From an uncultured Candidatus Saccharibacteria bacterium (GTDB taxonomy: Bacteria > Patescibacteriota > Minisyncoccia > Phycocordibacterales > SBAW01), in the NCBI GenBank assembly GCA_964615415.1, contig CAZTNI010000001.1, forward strand, positions 25,290-89,289: a stretch of 64,000 bases of DNA, in the 5' to 3' direction. Under the pieces are notes generated by a model. It was given only the letters and a program-made list of their open reading frames with translations. It ran no database searches and was not told the origin of the DNA. Made by a program: the position numbers and the translations under genes. Shown here in pieces: positions 27,952 through 36,497 of this stretch (positions are counted from its first letter, which is position 1; each line of letters opens with the position of its first letter).

Positions 27952-28593
27952 CTATACCATTTTTAAAAGTCGTACTTCTTCTATTGTTTTGAGTACCTTC
28001 TCCAGCACCACCTCCTTTGGTTCGCCCGCGTCTATGACTCGGTGCGGCGCCACATGCGTAAATTCTTTAAAACCGTCGCGAACGCGGTTGTGGAAGTCGA
28101 GCTCGCGCTCGTCGAAGTGCGTCTGCTTCCCTACCCGGCGCTTTGCACGCGCGAGCGCAATAGAGGGCGCAACATCGAGGATTATGTAGCGGTCTGGAAT
28201 AAATCCTTGCAAATAATGCGCGCGCATCGCCCAAAACAGGTCAATCAGCTGACGCTGCTCCTGAGCACAAATCTGGTACGCCCAGGTTGAAGAATCGAAG
28301 CGATCTGAAATAACCACCATCCCCTGCTTGAGTGCTGGGATCACTGTTTGGTTTAAGTGGTCGCGCCGTGCTGCCCAAAAGAGGCCGAACATAGTCTCTG
28401 CATCCGCATGTTTTGCATCGTCCGAAAGGATAAGTTCGCGGATCTTTTCGGCATATGGCGAGCCGCCCGGTTCCCTGGTCCAAAGGGCAGGAATACGCAG
28501 CTGCTCTAAGGCGGCAACAGCATCCTTCGACATAGTAGTAGTGCCCGTTCCCTCTCCGCCGTCGATCACAATGAATGTTCCAGAAGTAGTCAT
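27952..28593 (-). CDS. tmk: thymidylate kinase
   Basis: FIVIDGGEGTGTTT (P-loop), TREPGG, DRF. Confidence 0.85.
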   Translation of the reverse strand: MTTSGTFIVIDGGEGTGTTTMSKDAVAALEQLRIPALWTREPGGSPYAEKIRELILSDDAKHADAETMFGLFWAARRDHLNQTVIPALKQGMVVISDRFDSSTWAYQICAQEQRQLIDLFWAMRAHYLQGFIPDRYIILDVAPSIALARAKRRVGKQTHFDERELDFHNRVRDGFKEFTHVAPHRVIDAGEPKEVVLEKVLKTIEEVRLLKMV

Positions 28594-28689
28594 AGCAGTA
28601 ATTACCGTGTGTTCGCGGCAACTATACCTTGCGATATAAAAATGTACAGATCTTGCAGAGCGTCCTGGGGTGGTATACTTCTTTGCGAT

Positions 28690-29364
28690 ATGGCGCTGTC
28701 TGACCGAAAGATTCTGGAAGCAATGGAGGAAGGTTCTGTAGTTATTGAACCTTTTAAGCGCGAAAACCTGGCAACTTCAAGCTACGACGTTACCTTGGGC
28801 GAATACTTTTTTGCTGAACAGCCGCCGAAACATTTTGAAAACCTCTACAATATTTACGACAAAAAACACGTAGAGCGTGTCTGGGGCACCGAGCCACACA
28901 AGGCAAAAACTGCAAAAGAAGTACTTAAGGATTATAAATTTGATTTCACAGGCATTTCTCCTGACGACAAAATTATTTTGCTTGCACCGGGCGAAACTAT
29001 TTTAGGTCACACGAACGAGTTTATTGGCGGCCGGGAGCATATTACCACCATGATGAAGGCGCGCTCCAGCTTGGGCCGCAGCTTTATAGAGGTCTGTAAA
29101 TGCGCAGGTTGGGGGGACGTCGGCTACATCAACCGCTGGACTATGGAAATTACCAACAACTCTTCCCACTACTACATTCCGCTTGTGGTTGGTCGTCGCA
29201 TTGCCCAAATTATTTTCTACGAAACAGGTCCTATTTTGGAAAACGACTACGCAAAGAGTGGTAAATATCAAACTACTGGCTCGGTTGCACAGCTCAAAAA
29301 ACAGTGGAAGCCGGAGAGCATGCTCCCTCGCCTCTATTTGGATCGTGATATAAAAAAGAAATAA
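28690..29364 (+). CDS. dcd: dCTP deaminase (dUTPase superfamily)
   Basis: MALSDRKILEAM...IEPF...ENLATSSYDVTLG, typical Dcd N-terminus. Start taken at ATG 28690 (the ORF track starts at 28609). Confidence 0.7.
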   Translation: MALSDRKILEAMEEGSVVIEPFKRENLATSSYDVTLGEYFFAEQPPKHFENLYNIYDKKHVERVWGTEPHKAKTAKEVLKDYKFDFTGISPDDKIILLAPGETILGHTNEFIGGREHITTMMKARSSLGRSFIEVCKCAGWGDVGYINRWTMEITNNSSHYYIPLVVGRRIAQIIFYETGPILENDYAKSGKYQTTGSVAQLKKQWKPESMLPRLYLDRDIKKK

Positions 29365-29420
29365 TTCACTATGATCTAACGCGCTACGTACATATTTACT
29401 CGATTGACTGAAATACCTCT

Positions 29421-30806
29421 ATGCAATTTGAAGATCTGAAACATGTACGTCGCCCCCTCTCGGGCAATGGCAAAGTAGTAGTACTCGACACCGGCGCGCT
29501 CATAACGCCAGAAGCAAGCGCTATGCTCCAAGCGCTCCACTCGCGCTCGATCGGCGGAGTCGACTCCCACCTCGTAAAGCTCGCACAAAAAGGTGCTAAA
29601 AACTTCATGGACACGTACTACGTGGGGTACGGCGATAAGTCTATTGGCGACTGTGGCACGACAACCATCTTCGTTGAAGGAGTGTCCATGCTCGTTGCGA
29701 AAGCGATCCAGGACTCCCAACTTTATAACGGGCAGGAATCTTCGACACGCTACATCGACTTTACCTTCCAACCATTTGCAAACCCTGCAGGCACGCAAAA
29801 AGGCGCAGAAACATTAGAGTCACTCCGCACGTTTTACCTCCACGGTTTAGACGTAATGAAAGCCGAGCTCGCCAAGCGCCACCCGAAAGGCGCCGAGGAA
29901 GACGAGAAGGTGTGGCAAAAAGCAATTAACGCCCGCGCATTCGACATCATGCGCTCGTTCCTCCCTGCAGGTGCCGCAACAAACCTCGCATGGCATACCG
30001 AGCTGCGTCATGCTGCAGACCAGCTTGCACGTCTACGTAACCACCCACTTCCGGAAGTACGTGAAGTCGCTGCAGCGGTTACCGAAGCGCTTGACGAAGC
30101 GTACCCGAGTTCGTTTAAACAAAAACGCTACCCTGCTACCGAGGAATACACCCACAAGTGGATGGAAAGCTCGTACTACTACAACGACAATCCAGGAAGC
30201 GGCGCGAGCCTTGCTTCGACCGTACTCCACGGCATTACGCTCGAGAGAAACGCTATAGACTACAACTTACTGCGTTCGTATAAAACAATTCTTGAAACAC
30301 GCCCCGTCAAAACCGAACCGCCGAAGTTTCTTGCAGAAGCTGGCACTATGCGCTTCTCCTTCTTGCTCGACTTCGGATCATTCCGCGACTTGCAGCGCCA
30401 CCGCTCGCTCGTGCAGCGCATGCCGCTTTTAACCGACAAGCGCGGGTTCCACTTGTGGTACCTCGAGCAGATGCCGGAAACACTCAAGCAGGAAGCTATT
30501 GGCTTCCTTGCTCGTTACAGCAATGCAGTTGATGCACTTAAGCTTTCGTCGGTACTCACGCAGTACTACATTCCGATGGGCTACCAGGTGAGCTTGCGTA
30601 TGACGGGAGACCTCCCTGCACTTATGTGGGTTGTGGAACTTCGCTCAGGTATTTCCGTCCACCCAACGCTCCGCATCGCTGCACAGCACATTGGACAGCT
30701 CATGCTTGAGCAGCTCGGCGGCGCAGGCTTAAAACTCTACATAGACGAAAGCGAAGACCGCTTTAACTACAAGCGCGGCACGCAAGACATAGTCGAGAAA
30801 CAGTAG
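29421..30806 (+). CDS. thyX: flavin-dependent thymidylate synthase ThyX-like, apparent fused tandem duplication
   Basis: C-terminal half has FRDLQRHRSLVQRMP (ThyX RHR motif). N-terminal half has a degenerate copy (TTIFVEGVSMLVAKAIQDSQLYNGQESSTRY vs consensus fTF.ie.sRav.rQlvRHR..s.sqqSqRY). 461 aa, about twice a normal ThyX. Confidence 0.6.
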   Translation: MQFEDLKHVRRPLSGNGKVVVLDTGALITPEASAMLQALHSRSIGGVDSHLVKLAQKGAKNFMDTYYVGYGDKSIGDCGTTTIFVEGVSMLVAKAIQDSQLYNGQESSTRYIDFTFQPFANPAGTQKGAETLESLRTFYLHGLDVMKAELAKRHPKGAEEDEKVWQKAINARAFDIMRSFLPAGAATNLAWHTELRHAADQLARLRNHPLPEVREVAAAVTEALDEAYPSSFKQKRYPATEEYTHKWMESSYYYNDNPGSGASLASTVLHGITLERNAIDYNLLRSYKTILETRPVKTEPPKFLAEAGTMRFSFLLDFGSFRDLQRHRSLVQRMPLLTDKRGFHLWYLEQMPETLKQEAIGFLARYSNAVDALKLSSVLTQYYIPMGYQVSLRMTGDLPALMWVVELRSGISVHPTLRIAAQHIGQLMLEQLGGAGLKLYIDESEDRFNYKRGTQDIVEKQ

Positions 30807-30809
30807 AAA

Positions 30810-30877
30810 GTAAAAAATAAAAGCCCGTGCTTTGGAGAGATATACCTCACTCCGACACACGGGCTTTTATTTTTTAC
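30810..30877. terminator. bidirectional terminator-like hairpin (20-bp stem) with conserved 28-nt loop; copy 2 of the repeated element
   Basis: gtaaaaaataaaagcccgtg [ctttggagagatatacctcactccgaca] cacgggcttttattttttac. Lies between convergent thyX and rplK. Confidence 0.6.
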
Positions 30878-30887
30878 TTCAGTTTAA

Positions 30888-31310
30888 TTATTTTACATCA
30901 ACACCCATTGAGCGGGCAGAACCAGCAACAACTTTCATTGCTTGCTCCATCGTGTGCGCATTGAGGTCTGGCATTTTGCGCTCTGCGATAGCCTGTACCT
31001 GCGCCTTTGTAAGCGTACCGATCTTTGCAGTATTTGGCTTACCACTTCCCTTCTCTTTACCGAGGGCCTTAAGGATAAGACCAGAAACCGGAGGAGTCTT
31101 GAGGATAAATGAGTAGGTGCGATCCTCGTATACAGAAATCTCTGCAGGGATCATGTCGCCACGCATGTCTTTAGATGCCTCGTTGAATTTCTTGATGAAT
31201 TCACCGATGTTGATGCCGGCAGGACCGAGCACCTGACCCATGGCAGGGGTCATAGCCGCAGCGCCACCCGCCGCAACAATCTTGATTTTCTTGACTATCT
31301 TCTTTGCCAT
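30888..31310 (-). CDS. rplK: 50S ribosomal protein L11
   Basis: KIVKKIKIVAAGGAAAMTPAMGQVLGPAGINIGEF.... Confidence 0.95.
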   Translation of the reverse strand: MAKKIVKKIKIVAAGGAAAMTPAMGQVLGPAGINIGEFIKKFNEASKDMRGDMIPAEISVYEDRTYSFILKTPPVSGLILKALGKEKGSGKPNTAKIGTLTKAQVQAIAERKMPDLNAHTMEQAMKVVAGSARSMGVDVK

Positions 31311-31328
31311 ATGCCGAGTGATATTACC

Positions 31329-31880
31329 TTATATACGTTTGATTTGCAAAAAGTCCAATTCTACCGGGGTTTCGCGGCCAAACATAGCCACAAGGACCTT
31401 TACCTTGCCACGACTCTCGTCCACTTCACCCACCTTACCATCGAGGTCTTTAAACGGACCATCGACAATAACAACCGAGTCTCCAACCGTAAGGTCAATA
31501 GCATGTTTTACTGAACCCTCTGCAGCCTGCATGCGGCCCAAGAGCTCATCCACCTCCTTTTGCTGGAGCGGCACTGGGTTTACACCAGAACCAACGAAAC
31601 CGGTTACGCGCGGCGTGTTGCGTACGACGAACCACGACTGGTCGTCTACGATCATCTCCACAAGCACGTAGCCTGGGTAGATCTTTTCATCTTCCTCGAC
31701 GCGGCGACCGCCTTTAATTTTGACCGTGTGTTCTGTTGGTACAACCACGTTGAAAATCTTCTCTTGAAGACCGAGAGATTCGATGCGCTGCTTCAGGTTG
31801 CGAGCAACTGCGTTTTCATACCCTGCATAGGTGTGAATCGCATACCATGCCCGACCGAGACTAGAGTCTTGTTTTGCCAT
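31329..31880 (-). CDS. nusG: transcription termination/antitermination factor NusG
   Basis: WYAIHTYAGYENAV (NGN domain), C-terminal KOW GDSVVIVDGPFKDLDGKVGEVD. Confidence 0.9.
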   Translation of the reverse strand: MAKQDSSLGRAWYAIHTYAGYENAVARNLKQRIESLGLQEKIFNVVVPTEHTVKIKGGRRVEEDEKIYPGYVLVEMIVDDQSWFVVRNTPRVTGFVGSGVNPVPLQQKEVDELLGRMQAAEGSVKHAIDLTVGDSVVIVDGPFKDLDGKVGEVDESRGKVKVLVAMFGRETPVELDFLQIKRI

Positions 31881-31900
31881 AGCTACAATGAAAAAAGTGA

Positions 31901-32072
31901 ACTAAATAATGCGCTTAAGGATTGCTGAGAAGAGGTAGTCCAAAAGACCGAGGTATACCGCTACTGCGAGCGACAAACCGATAACAACAAGACTGTATGC
32001 GATTACTTGTGCACGAGTAGGCCACGATACATGCTTGAGCTCGCCCCGAACGTCTTTAATGTAGTTAAACAT
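31901..32072 (-). CDS. secE: preprotein translocase subunit SecE
   Basis: Hand-translated 56 aa: MFNYIKDVRGELKHVSWPTRAQVIAYSLVVIGLSLAVAVYLGLLDYLFSAILKRII. Below the ORF-track size cutoff. Canonical secE-nusG-rplK order. Confidence 0.7.
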
Positions 32073-32090
32073 AGGGTTATTTTTGCCTAA

Positions 32091-32116
32091 GAAAAAAGGC
32101 CTCGGCGGCCTTTATT
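32091..32116 (-). terminator. rho-independent terminator
   Basis: aaaggcc tcggc ggccttt flanked by an A-run and a T-run. Downstream of the SIMPL gene stop on the minus strand. Confidence 0.5.
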
Positions 32117-32165
32117 TCTCCCCTATCGTACCCCTTGTTGAAGGGGGTTGTCAAGAGTGGGATAT

Positions 32166-32984
32166 TTAGCGAATTTCGTAGGTAACAGTAACGTATGAGG
32201 TGATTTTATTCTCTCCTGTTGAGATATCTGGAGCCTTAGACTGAGTTACTGCATTTTCAGCACCTCCCATGCCGTACGCTACATCACGAGCGTACATTGG
32301 CACTGGATAGCCACCAGTACTTTCGTTAAATGACACGACGCGTACCAAGTGCACCCCGAGTTGCTTCGCAAGGACATCTGCTTTTTCCTTTGCATCAGCG
32401 ATAGCCTTGTTGCGTGCTTCGTCCTGAACCATATTTGGGTCATCGAAGGTGAACGTAAGACTGCTTACTTCAGTTGCACCTTTTGTGCCAACTCCTGCAA
32501 GCAGGTCACCTGCTTTCGCAGTATCACGAACTTTCACGGTAGTAGTCTGGCGCACCTCGTAGCCGCGAAGTACCTGACGACCACCTGGACAGTACGTACC
32601 AACAGCACACGTTACAGTCTCGTAATCGTATTGCGGATAAATATTGTAGCCAGTAGTGCGGATGTCCTTTTCAGCAATACCTGCGTCTTTCAGGTACGCA
32701 GACACTGCGTTCATTTTCGTCGTTGCATCTTCTTGTGCAGCGGCGACTGTCGGCTTAAGCGACGTAACCGAGAATGTAAACTCTGCAATATCTGGCACAG
32801 CAAACATTTCCCCCTCCCCACTAATGGTGATCGTATTGGCCGGCATAACACCTGCTCCTACATAGCGAAGCTCCATCATGGCTGCAACACTGCGAATACC
32901 CAAAAACACGGCAAGGATCACTACGGTAGCAAAAATTGCCACGCGCAGTCGCGAGCCCTGAGTTCCTTCAAACAACGGATTCAT
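32166..32984 (-). CDS. SIMPL-domain (DUF541) secreted protein
   Basis: Signal/TM at the N-terminus. ITISGEGEMFAVPDIAEFTFSVTS resembles the SIMPL N-terminal motif. Confidence 0.65.
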   Translation of the reverse strand: MNPLFEGTQGSRLRVAIFATVVILAVFLGIRSVAAMMELRYVGAGVMPANTITISGEGEMFAVPDIAEFTFSVTSLKPTVAAAQEDATTKMNAVSAYLKDAGIAEKDIRTTGYNIYPQYDYETVTCAVGTYCPGGRQVLRGYEVRQTTTVKVRDTAKAGDLLAGVGTKGATEVSSLTFTFDDPNMVQDEARNKAIADAKEKADVLAKQLGVHLVRVVSFNESTGGYPVPMYARDVAYGMGGAENAVTQSKAPDISTGENKITSYVTVTYEIR

Positions 32985-33020
32985 AGTTTATAAAACTAGT
33001 AAATAATTAATAACTCACTG

Positions 33021-33800
33021 TTACTGACGAGCTTGGACCTGTCTTATTACAGCCATAATGCTTTCGTACGGAAGTGCGCCAGAAATAGGCACCTGCACAC
33101 CATTACCCGCAACGATGGTGAAGGGTGTGCCTTGGCCACCATTTTGCATAGCATCCGCTGTTTCTGTATCTATTTTAGAACCAAATTTTTCACTCGAAAC
33201 ACAAGATGCAAACGTCTGTGCATTAGCACCAAACTGCGTTGCAAGCTGGGCGTAGTATGCAGGACTCATCTTGCCTTGGTTACTCATAACAGCGTCGGTG
33301 AATTTCCAAAAGCCGTTATTGCCAAGCTGGTCCGCGATACATTCTGCGGCGAGTGCCGAAGGACGCGCCTGCGGATGAATACTTTCGAGTGGGAAATTGC
33401 GGTGTACCCAGGCGATCTGTCCGTTTGATTCTTCAGCAATGCGCTTGAGTGTCGGATAAATGCGGGCGCAGTACGGACACTGAAAATCCGAGTATTCAAT
33501 AAGCATGATTGGCGCATCAGGAGAACCTACGATGTGGTCCTTGTCGGAGACAGGAGGCACATTAGTAGTTACCTGCTGTTCATTCGTGTTTACTGTAGGC
33601 ACTGCTCCTGCAGACGCCGGTCCTGGAAAATAATTTGTAAATAATATTGCAGCGGCGATCAGAGCACCCGAGGCAAGAATAGCCATAGCGGGAGAAAATT
33701 CTACTTTTTTTGTTTCTGGCATAGTACTTGTAGTGAGGATAATCGAACTACTCAAGGCTACCGTCCTTCTTCTCTTTAAGCAAATCACGAATTTCTTCAA
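33021..33800 (-). CDS. DsbA-like thiol:disulfide oxidoreductase (thioredoxin fold, CPYC)
   Basis: EYSDFQCPYCARIYP active-site motif. N-terminal membrane anchor. Start may be the internal MPETKK (33722) because the track start overlaps mscL. Confidence 0.75.
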   Translation of the reverse strand: MKKFVICLKRRRTVALSSSIILTTSTMPETKKVEFSPAMAILASGALIAAAILFTNYFPGPASAGAVPTVNTNEQQVTTNVPPVSDKDHIVGSPDAPIMLIEYSDFQCPYCARIYPTLKRIAEESNGQIAWVHRNFPLESIHPQARPSALAAECIADQLGNNGFWKFTDAVMSNQGKMSPAYYAQLATQFGANAQTFASCVSSEKFGSKIDTETADAMQNGGQGTPFTIVAGNGVQVPISGALPYESIMAVIRQVQARQ

Positions 33801-34188
33801 GCAAGCGCTCTTGTGCCGGCTTGTCGTGTGCAGGAACAGACTTCTCCCCTTCCCTAATCATGCGCTTACGTGCAGCAGAAAGGATTTTGAATACAATAAA
33901 GATCGAGAACGATACAAGAAGAAAGTTTATAAGCGCCTGAATAAACGAACCGTACTTTAGAACCACATCAGGCCGCACTGCAAACGAGAGCGTCTTAAAG
34001 TCCACGTTATTAGTAAGCAACCCAAGAAGCGGTGTGATCAAGTCTGCCACGAGCGAATTTACTACCGCAGTAAACGCAGTACCGATGATGACCGCAAATG
34101 CGAGCTCAAGCGCATTCCCTTTTACTGCAAAATTACGAAATTCTTTAAAAAACCCTTGTGTTGCTCCGATAATTTTTTCTTTTGCCAT
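33748..34188 (-). CDS. mscL: large-conductance mechanosensitive channel
   Basis: FKEFRNFAVKGNALELAFAVIIGTAFTAVVNSLVADLITP.... Confidence 0.9.
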   Translation of the reverse strand: MAKEKIIGATQGFFKEFRNFAVKGNALELAFAVIIGTAFTAVVNSLVADLITPLLGLLTNNVDFKTLSFAVRPDVVLKYGSFIQALINFLLVSFSIFIVFKILSAARKRMIREGEKSVPAHDKPAQERLLEEIRDLLKEKKDGSLE

Positions 34189-34193
34189 TGTAA

Positions 34194-34667
34194 TTAGCGC
34201 TTGGTTTGCAAACGCTCAATATCGCCTAGTAATTTTTGTAATCGGTCTTGAATCTCAACAAGCGTGATTTCCTGCGCTATCCCCTTTTCGCGTAGCCGCT
34301 CTTCTTCAGTAATACCCTCAACATCTTCCTGAATTTCGTCGACATCCTCTTGAATCTCATCAACGTCTTCCTGAATTTCGTCGATATCTTCCTGGATCTC
34401 GTCGATATCGTGCTCAACCACCTCCAAACTCTCGGTCGTTTGGTTAATACTCATTTGGATAAAAATCGCGAGATAAATTGCCTCAAGCGACACCAAGGTA
34501 GTAAGCACAAGCAGCATGCGGTCAAAAGAAACAACATGGAAAAATGCTGCTCCAAAGCAGCTGACGAAAACCAAAGTATGAAACAAGATTGAAGATGGTG
34601 AACCTATCCACCGAGTCATGCGCGCAGATGCAGCATGTATCGCTTTTGACGTCCGACGTTCTCCCAT
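34194..34667 (-). CDS. DUF1003-like two-TM membrane protein with C-terminal acidic heptad repeats
   Basis: WIGSPSSILFHTLVF...FDRMLLVLTTLVSLEAIYLAIFIQMSINQ matches the DUF1003 core pattern. The C-terminus is DIDEIQEDIDEIQEDVDEIQEDVDEIQEDVEG. Confidence 0.55.
   Translation of the reverse strand: MGERRTSKAIHAASARMTRWIGSPSSILFHTLVFVSCFGAAFFHVVSFDRMLLVLTTLVSLEAIYLAIFIQMSINQTTESLEVVEHDIDEIQEDIDEIQEDVDEIQEDVDEIQEDVEGITEEERLREKGIAQEITLVEIQDRLQKLLGDIERLQTKR
34320..34410. repeat. tandem 21-nt (heptad-encoding) repeat, ~4.5 copies
   Basis: atcttcctgaatttcgtcgac / atcctcttgaatctcatcaac / gtcttcctgaatttcgtcgat / atcttcctggatctcgtcgat on the plus strand. Encodes (D/E)EIQED(V/I) repeats. Confidence 0.7.
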
Positions 34668-34708
34668 ACAAAAAATTGTAACACTAACGCACTTTCTTCC
34701 CTATCTTT

Positions 34709-34781
34709 GGGTGCCTACTGGGAATCGAACCCAGATTGCGAGTTCCACAAACTCGAGTGTTAACCGTTACACCATAGGCAC
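34709..34781 (-). tRNA. tRNA-His (anticodon GTG) with G-1:C73
   Basis: Hand-folded. 8-bp acceptor GGTGCCTA/TAGGCACC. Anticodon loop TTGTGGA. T-arm CTGGGTTCGATTCCCAG. Confidence 0.85.
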
Positions 34782-34845
34782 CATATCTAGCACGCTCATG
34801 TTACAGCCGCGCACCATGTAGCTAACTATATATCAGAGTGCGCAC

Positions 34846-35841
34846 TTATGCGCCAGGCTCCGAAGAAGTTTCTTTTGGTTTAAATGGGTATGCACTGCCC
34901 GTAATAGGAGCAGGCTTGATAACAAGACTTAACACGACAGACGCCACCAACACGGTAAGCGTAATACTGAGTGACAACACGGTTGGGATCTTAAAGATAT
35001 CCATGAGCAGCATTTTTGTACCGATAAACCCGAGGATAATTGCAAGACCATAGGAGAGCAGGTGGAAGCGTTCATGTAAGCCTGCGAGCAAGAAATACAG
35101 AGCACGAAGTCCTAAAATCGCAAATATATTTGAGGTAAGCACAATGAACGGATCTGTGGTGACTGCGAAGATTGCAGGGATTGAATCGACCGCAAAGAGA
35201 ATGTCGACAAGACCTATCATAATAACCGCGGCAAGGAGCGGTGTCGCTGCTTTGGCACCATTGTGTAGGGTAAAAAATTTCTCCCCTTCTAGCTTTGGAG
35301 CAATTTTAAGCCCGCGCCGCAGGAGTTTCATTGCAACACTACTTTCCAAGTCGGGCTCTTTGCCGATAGAGCGCCAAATTTTGATACCCGTATAGACCAA
35401 GAATCCGCCGAATATGTAGAGCACCCAGTGAAATTCTGAAATGAGCCACGCGCCGACAAATATCATAATTGCGCGGAGTACGATCGCAAACAAAATACCG
35501 AACATAAGGAGCCGCTTTTGAAATTCTGCAGGCACCGCAAAGAACGTAAATACGAGCAAGAATACGAAAATATTATCGACAGCGAGCGCCTTTTCGATCA
35601 AGTAGCCGGTAATAAACTCGAGCGACTTCTGGTTTGCAATCGCCTGTGCTGCAGGGTCAGCGCTCGCGCCTCCTAAGTACCACCACAGCCACCCCACAAA
35701 CACGAAGGATAGGAAGACCCATGCCACAGACCATATCCCCGCTTCTTTAAGCGACACTTTGTGCGCCCCTTGTTTGCGCATGGCAAAAAAGTCGACACAA
35801 AGAGCAATCGTAACAAACACAATAAAGATTATCCAAACCAT
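34846..35841 (-). CDS. TerC-family integral membrane protein
   Basis: KALAVDNIFVFLLVF signature. Multi-TM. Confidence 0.85.
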   Translation of the reverse strand: MVWIIFIVFVTIALCVDFFAMRKQGAHKVSLKEAGIWSVAWVFLSFVFVGWLWWYLGGASADPAAQAIANQKSLEFITGYLIEKALAVDNIFVFLLVFTFFAVPAEFQKRLLMFGILFAIVLRAIMIFVGAWLISEFHWVLYIFGGFLVYTGIKIWRSIGKEPDLESSVAMKLLRRGLKIAPKLEGEKFFTLHNGAKAATPLLAAVIMIGLVDILFAVDSIPAIFAVTTDPFIVLTSNIFAILGLRALYFLLAGLHERFHLLSYGLAIILGFIGTKMLLMDIFKIPTVLSLSITLTVLVASVVLSLVIKPAPITGSAYPFKPKETSSEPGA

Positions 35842-35848
35842 ACAATGT

Positions 35849-35933
35849 GTGGTGCCCAGGAGAGGACTCGAACCTCCAAGCCTTGCGGCATATGCACCTC
35901 AAGCATACGCGTATACCAATTCCGCCACCTGGG
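35849..35933 (-). tRNA. tRNA-Leu (anticodon GAG), long variable arm, CCA encoded
   Basis: GCCCAGG acceptor. Anticodon arm TATGC-TTGAGGT-GCATA. Variable arm TGCCGCAAGGC. T-arm GGAGGTTCGAGTCCTCC. Confidence 0.85.
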
Positions 35934-35974
35934 CATGTAGAACACTATATACCAAAAAGCGCGTTGTCGCGCTT

Positions 35975-36403
35975 TTACTCCTGCACAGGAGCTGCTTCTG
36001 GAGCCGACGCAACTTCCTCTGAGGTTGAAGGAGTCTCGCGAGCCTCGACTGTCTCCTGCTTGCGCATCTGACGTTTTACATCGCGAGCAGCCTTGCGACG
36101 AATAAAGTACAGTTTTGAGCGGCGCGTACGAGTACGGCGCAACACTTCAACAGACTCGATTGCAGGAGAATAGAGCGGGAAGATTTTCTCTACCCCTACC
36201 CCGCTTGCAACGCGACGTACGGTAAACATTGCACCTGCTTCGGTGCCATGTTTAACCGCCAAAACAAGGCCCTCGAACGCCTGACGGCGGCTCTTGCCCT
36301 TCTCGACGATCTTCTGCCATACGCGGACAGTGTCGCCACTACGAAGCTCGAGCGCTGCGCGCTCCTTCATGTCGACTGGGGATGTTTTAACCGCTGATTT
36401 CAT
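35975..36403 (-). CDS. rplS: 50S ribosomal protein L19 (with C-terminal extension)
   Basis: LRSGDTVRVWQKIVEKGKSRRQAFEGLVLAVKHGTEAGAMFTVRRVASGVGVEKIFPLYSP. Confidence 0.9.
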   Translation of the reverse strand: MKSAVKTSPVDMKERAALELRSGDTVRVWQKIVEKGKSRRQAFEGLVLAVKHGTEAGAMFTVRRVASGVGVEKIFPLYSPAIESVEVLRRTRTRRSKLYFIRRKAARDVKRQMRKQETVEARETPSTSEEVASAPEAAPVQE

Positions 36404-36497
36404 GTGGAAACTACTTTAGCACGGAGACATACGTCTGTCTAGAAAATGGTCTGGCCCGAGAGGTTCCAAGCCGATACGGGAGAACCGAGGACCTTTT

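Noticed and set aside
32349-32993. 214-aa plus-strand ORF antisense to the SIMPL-domain gene
   Set aside because: Cys/His-rich antisense artifact.
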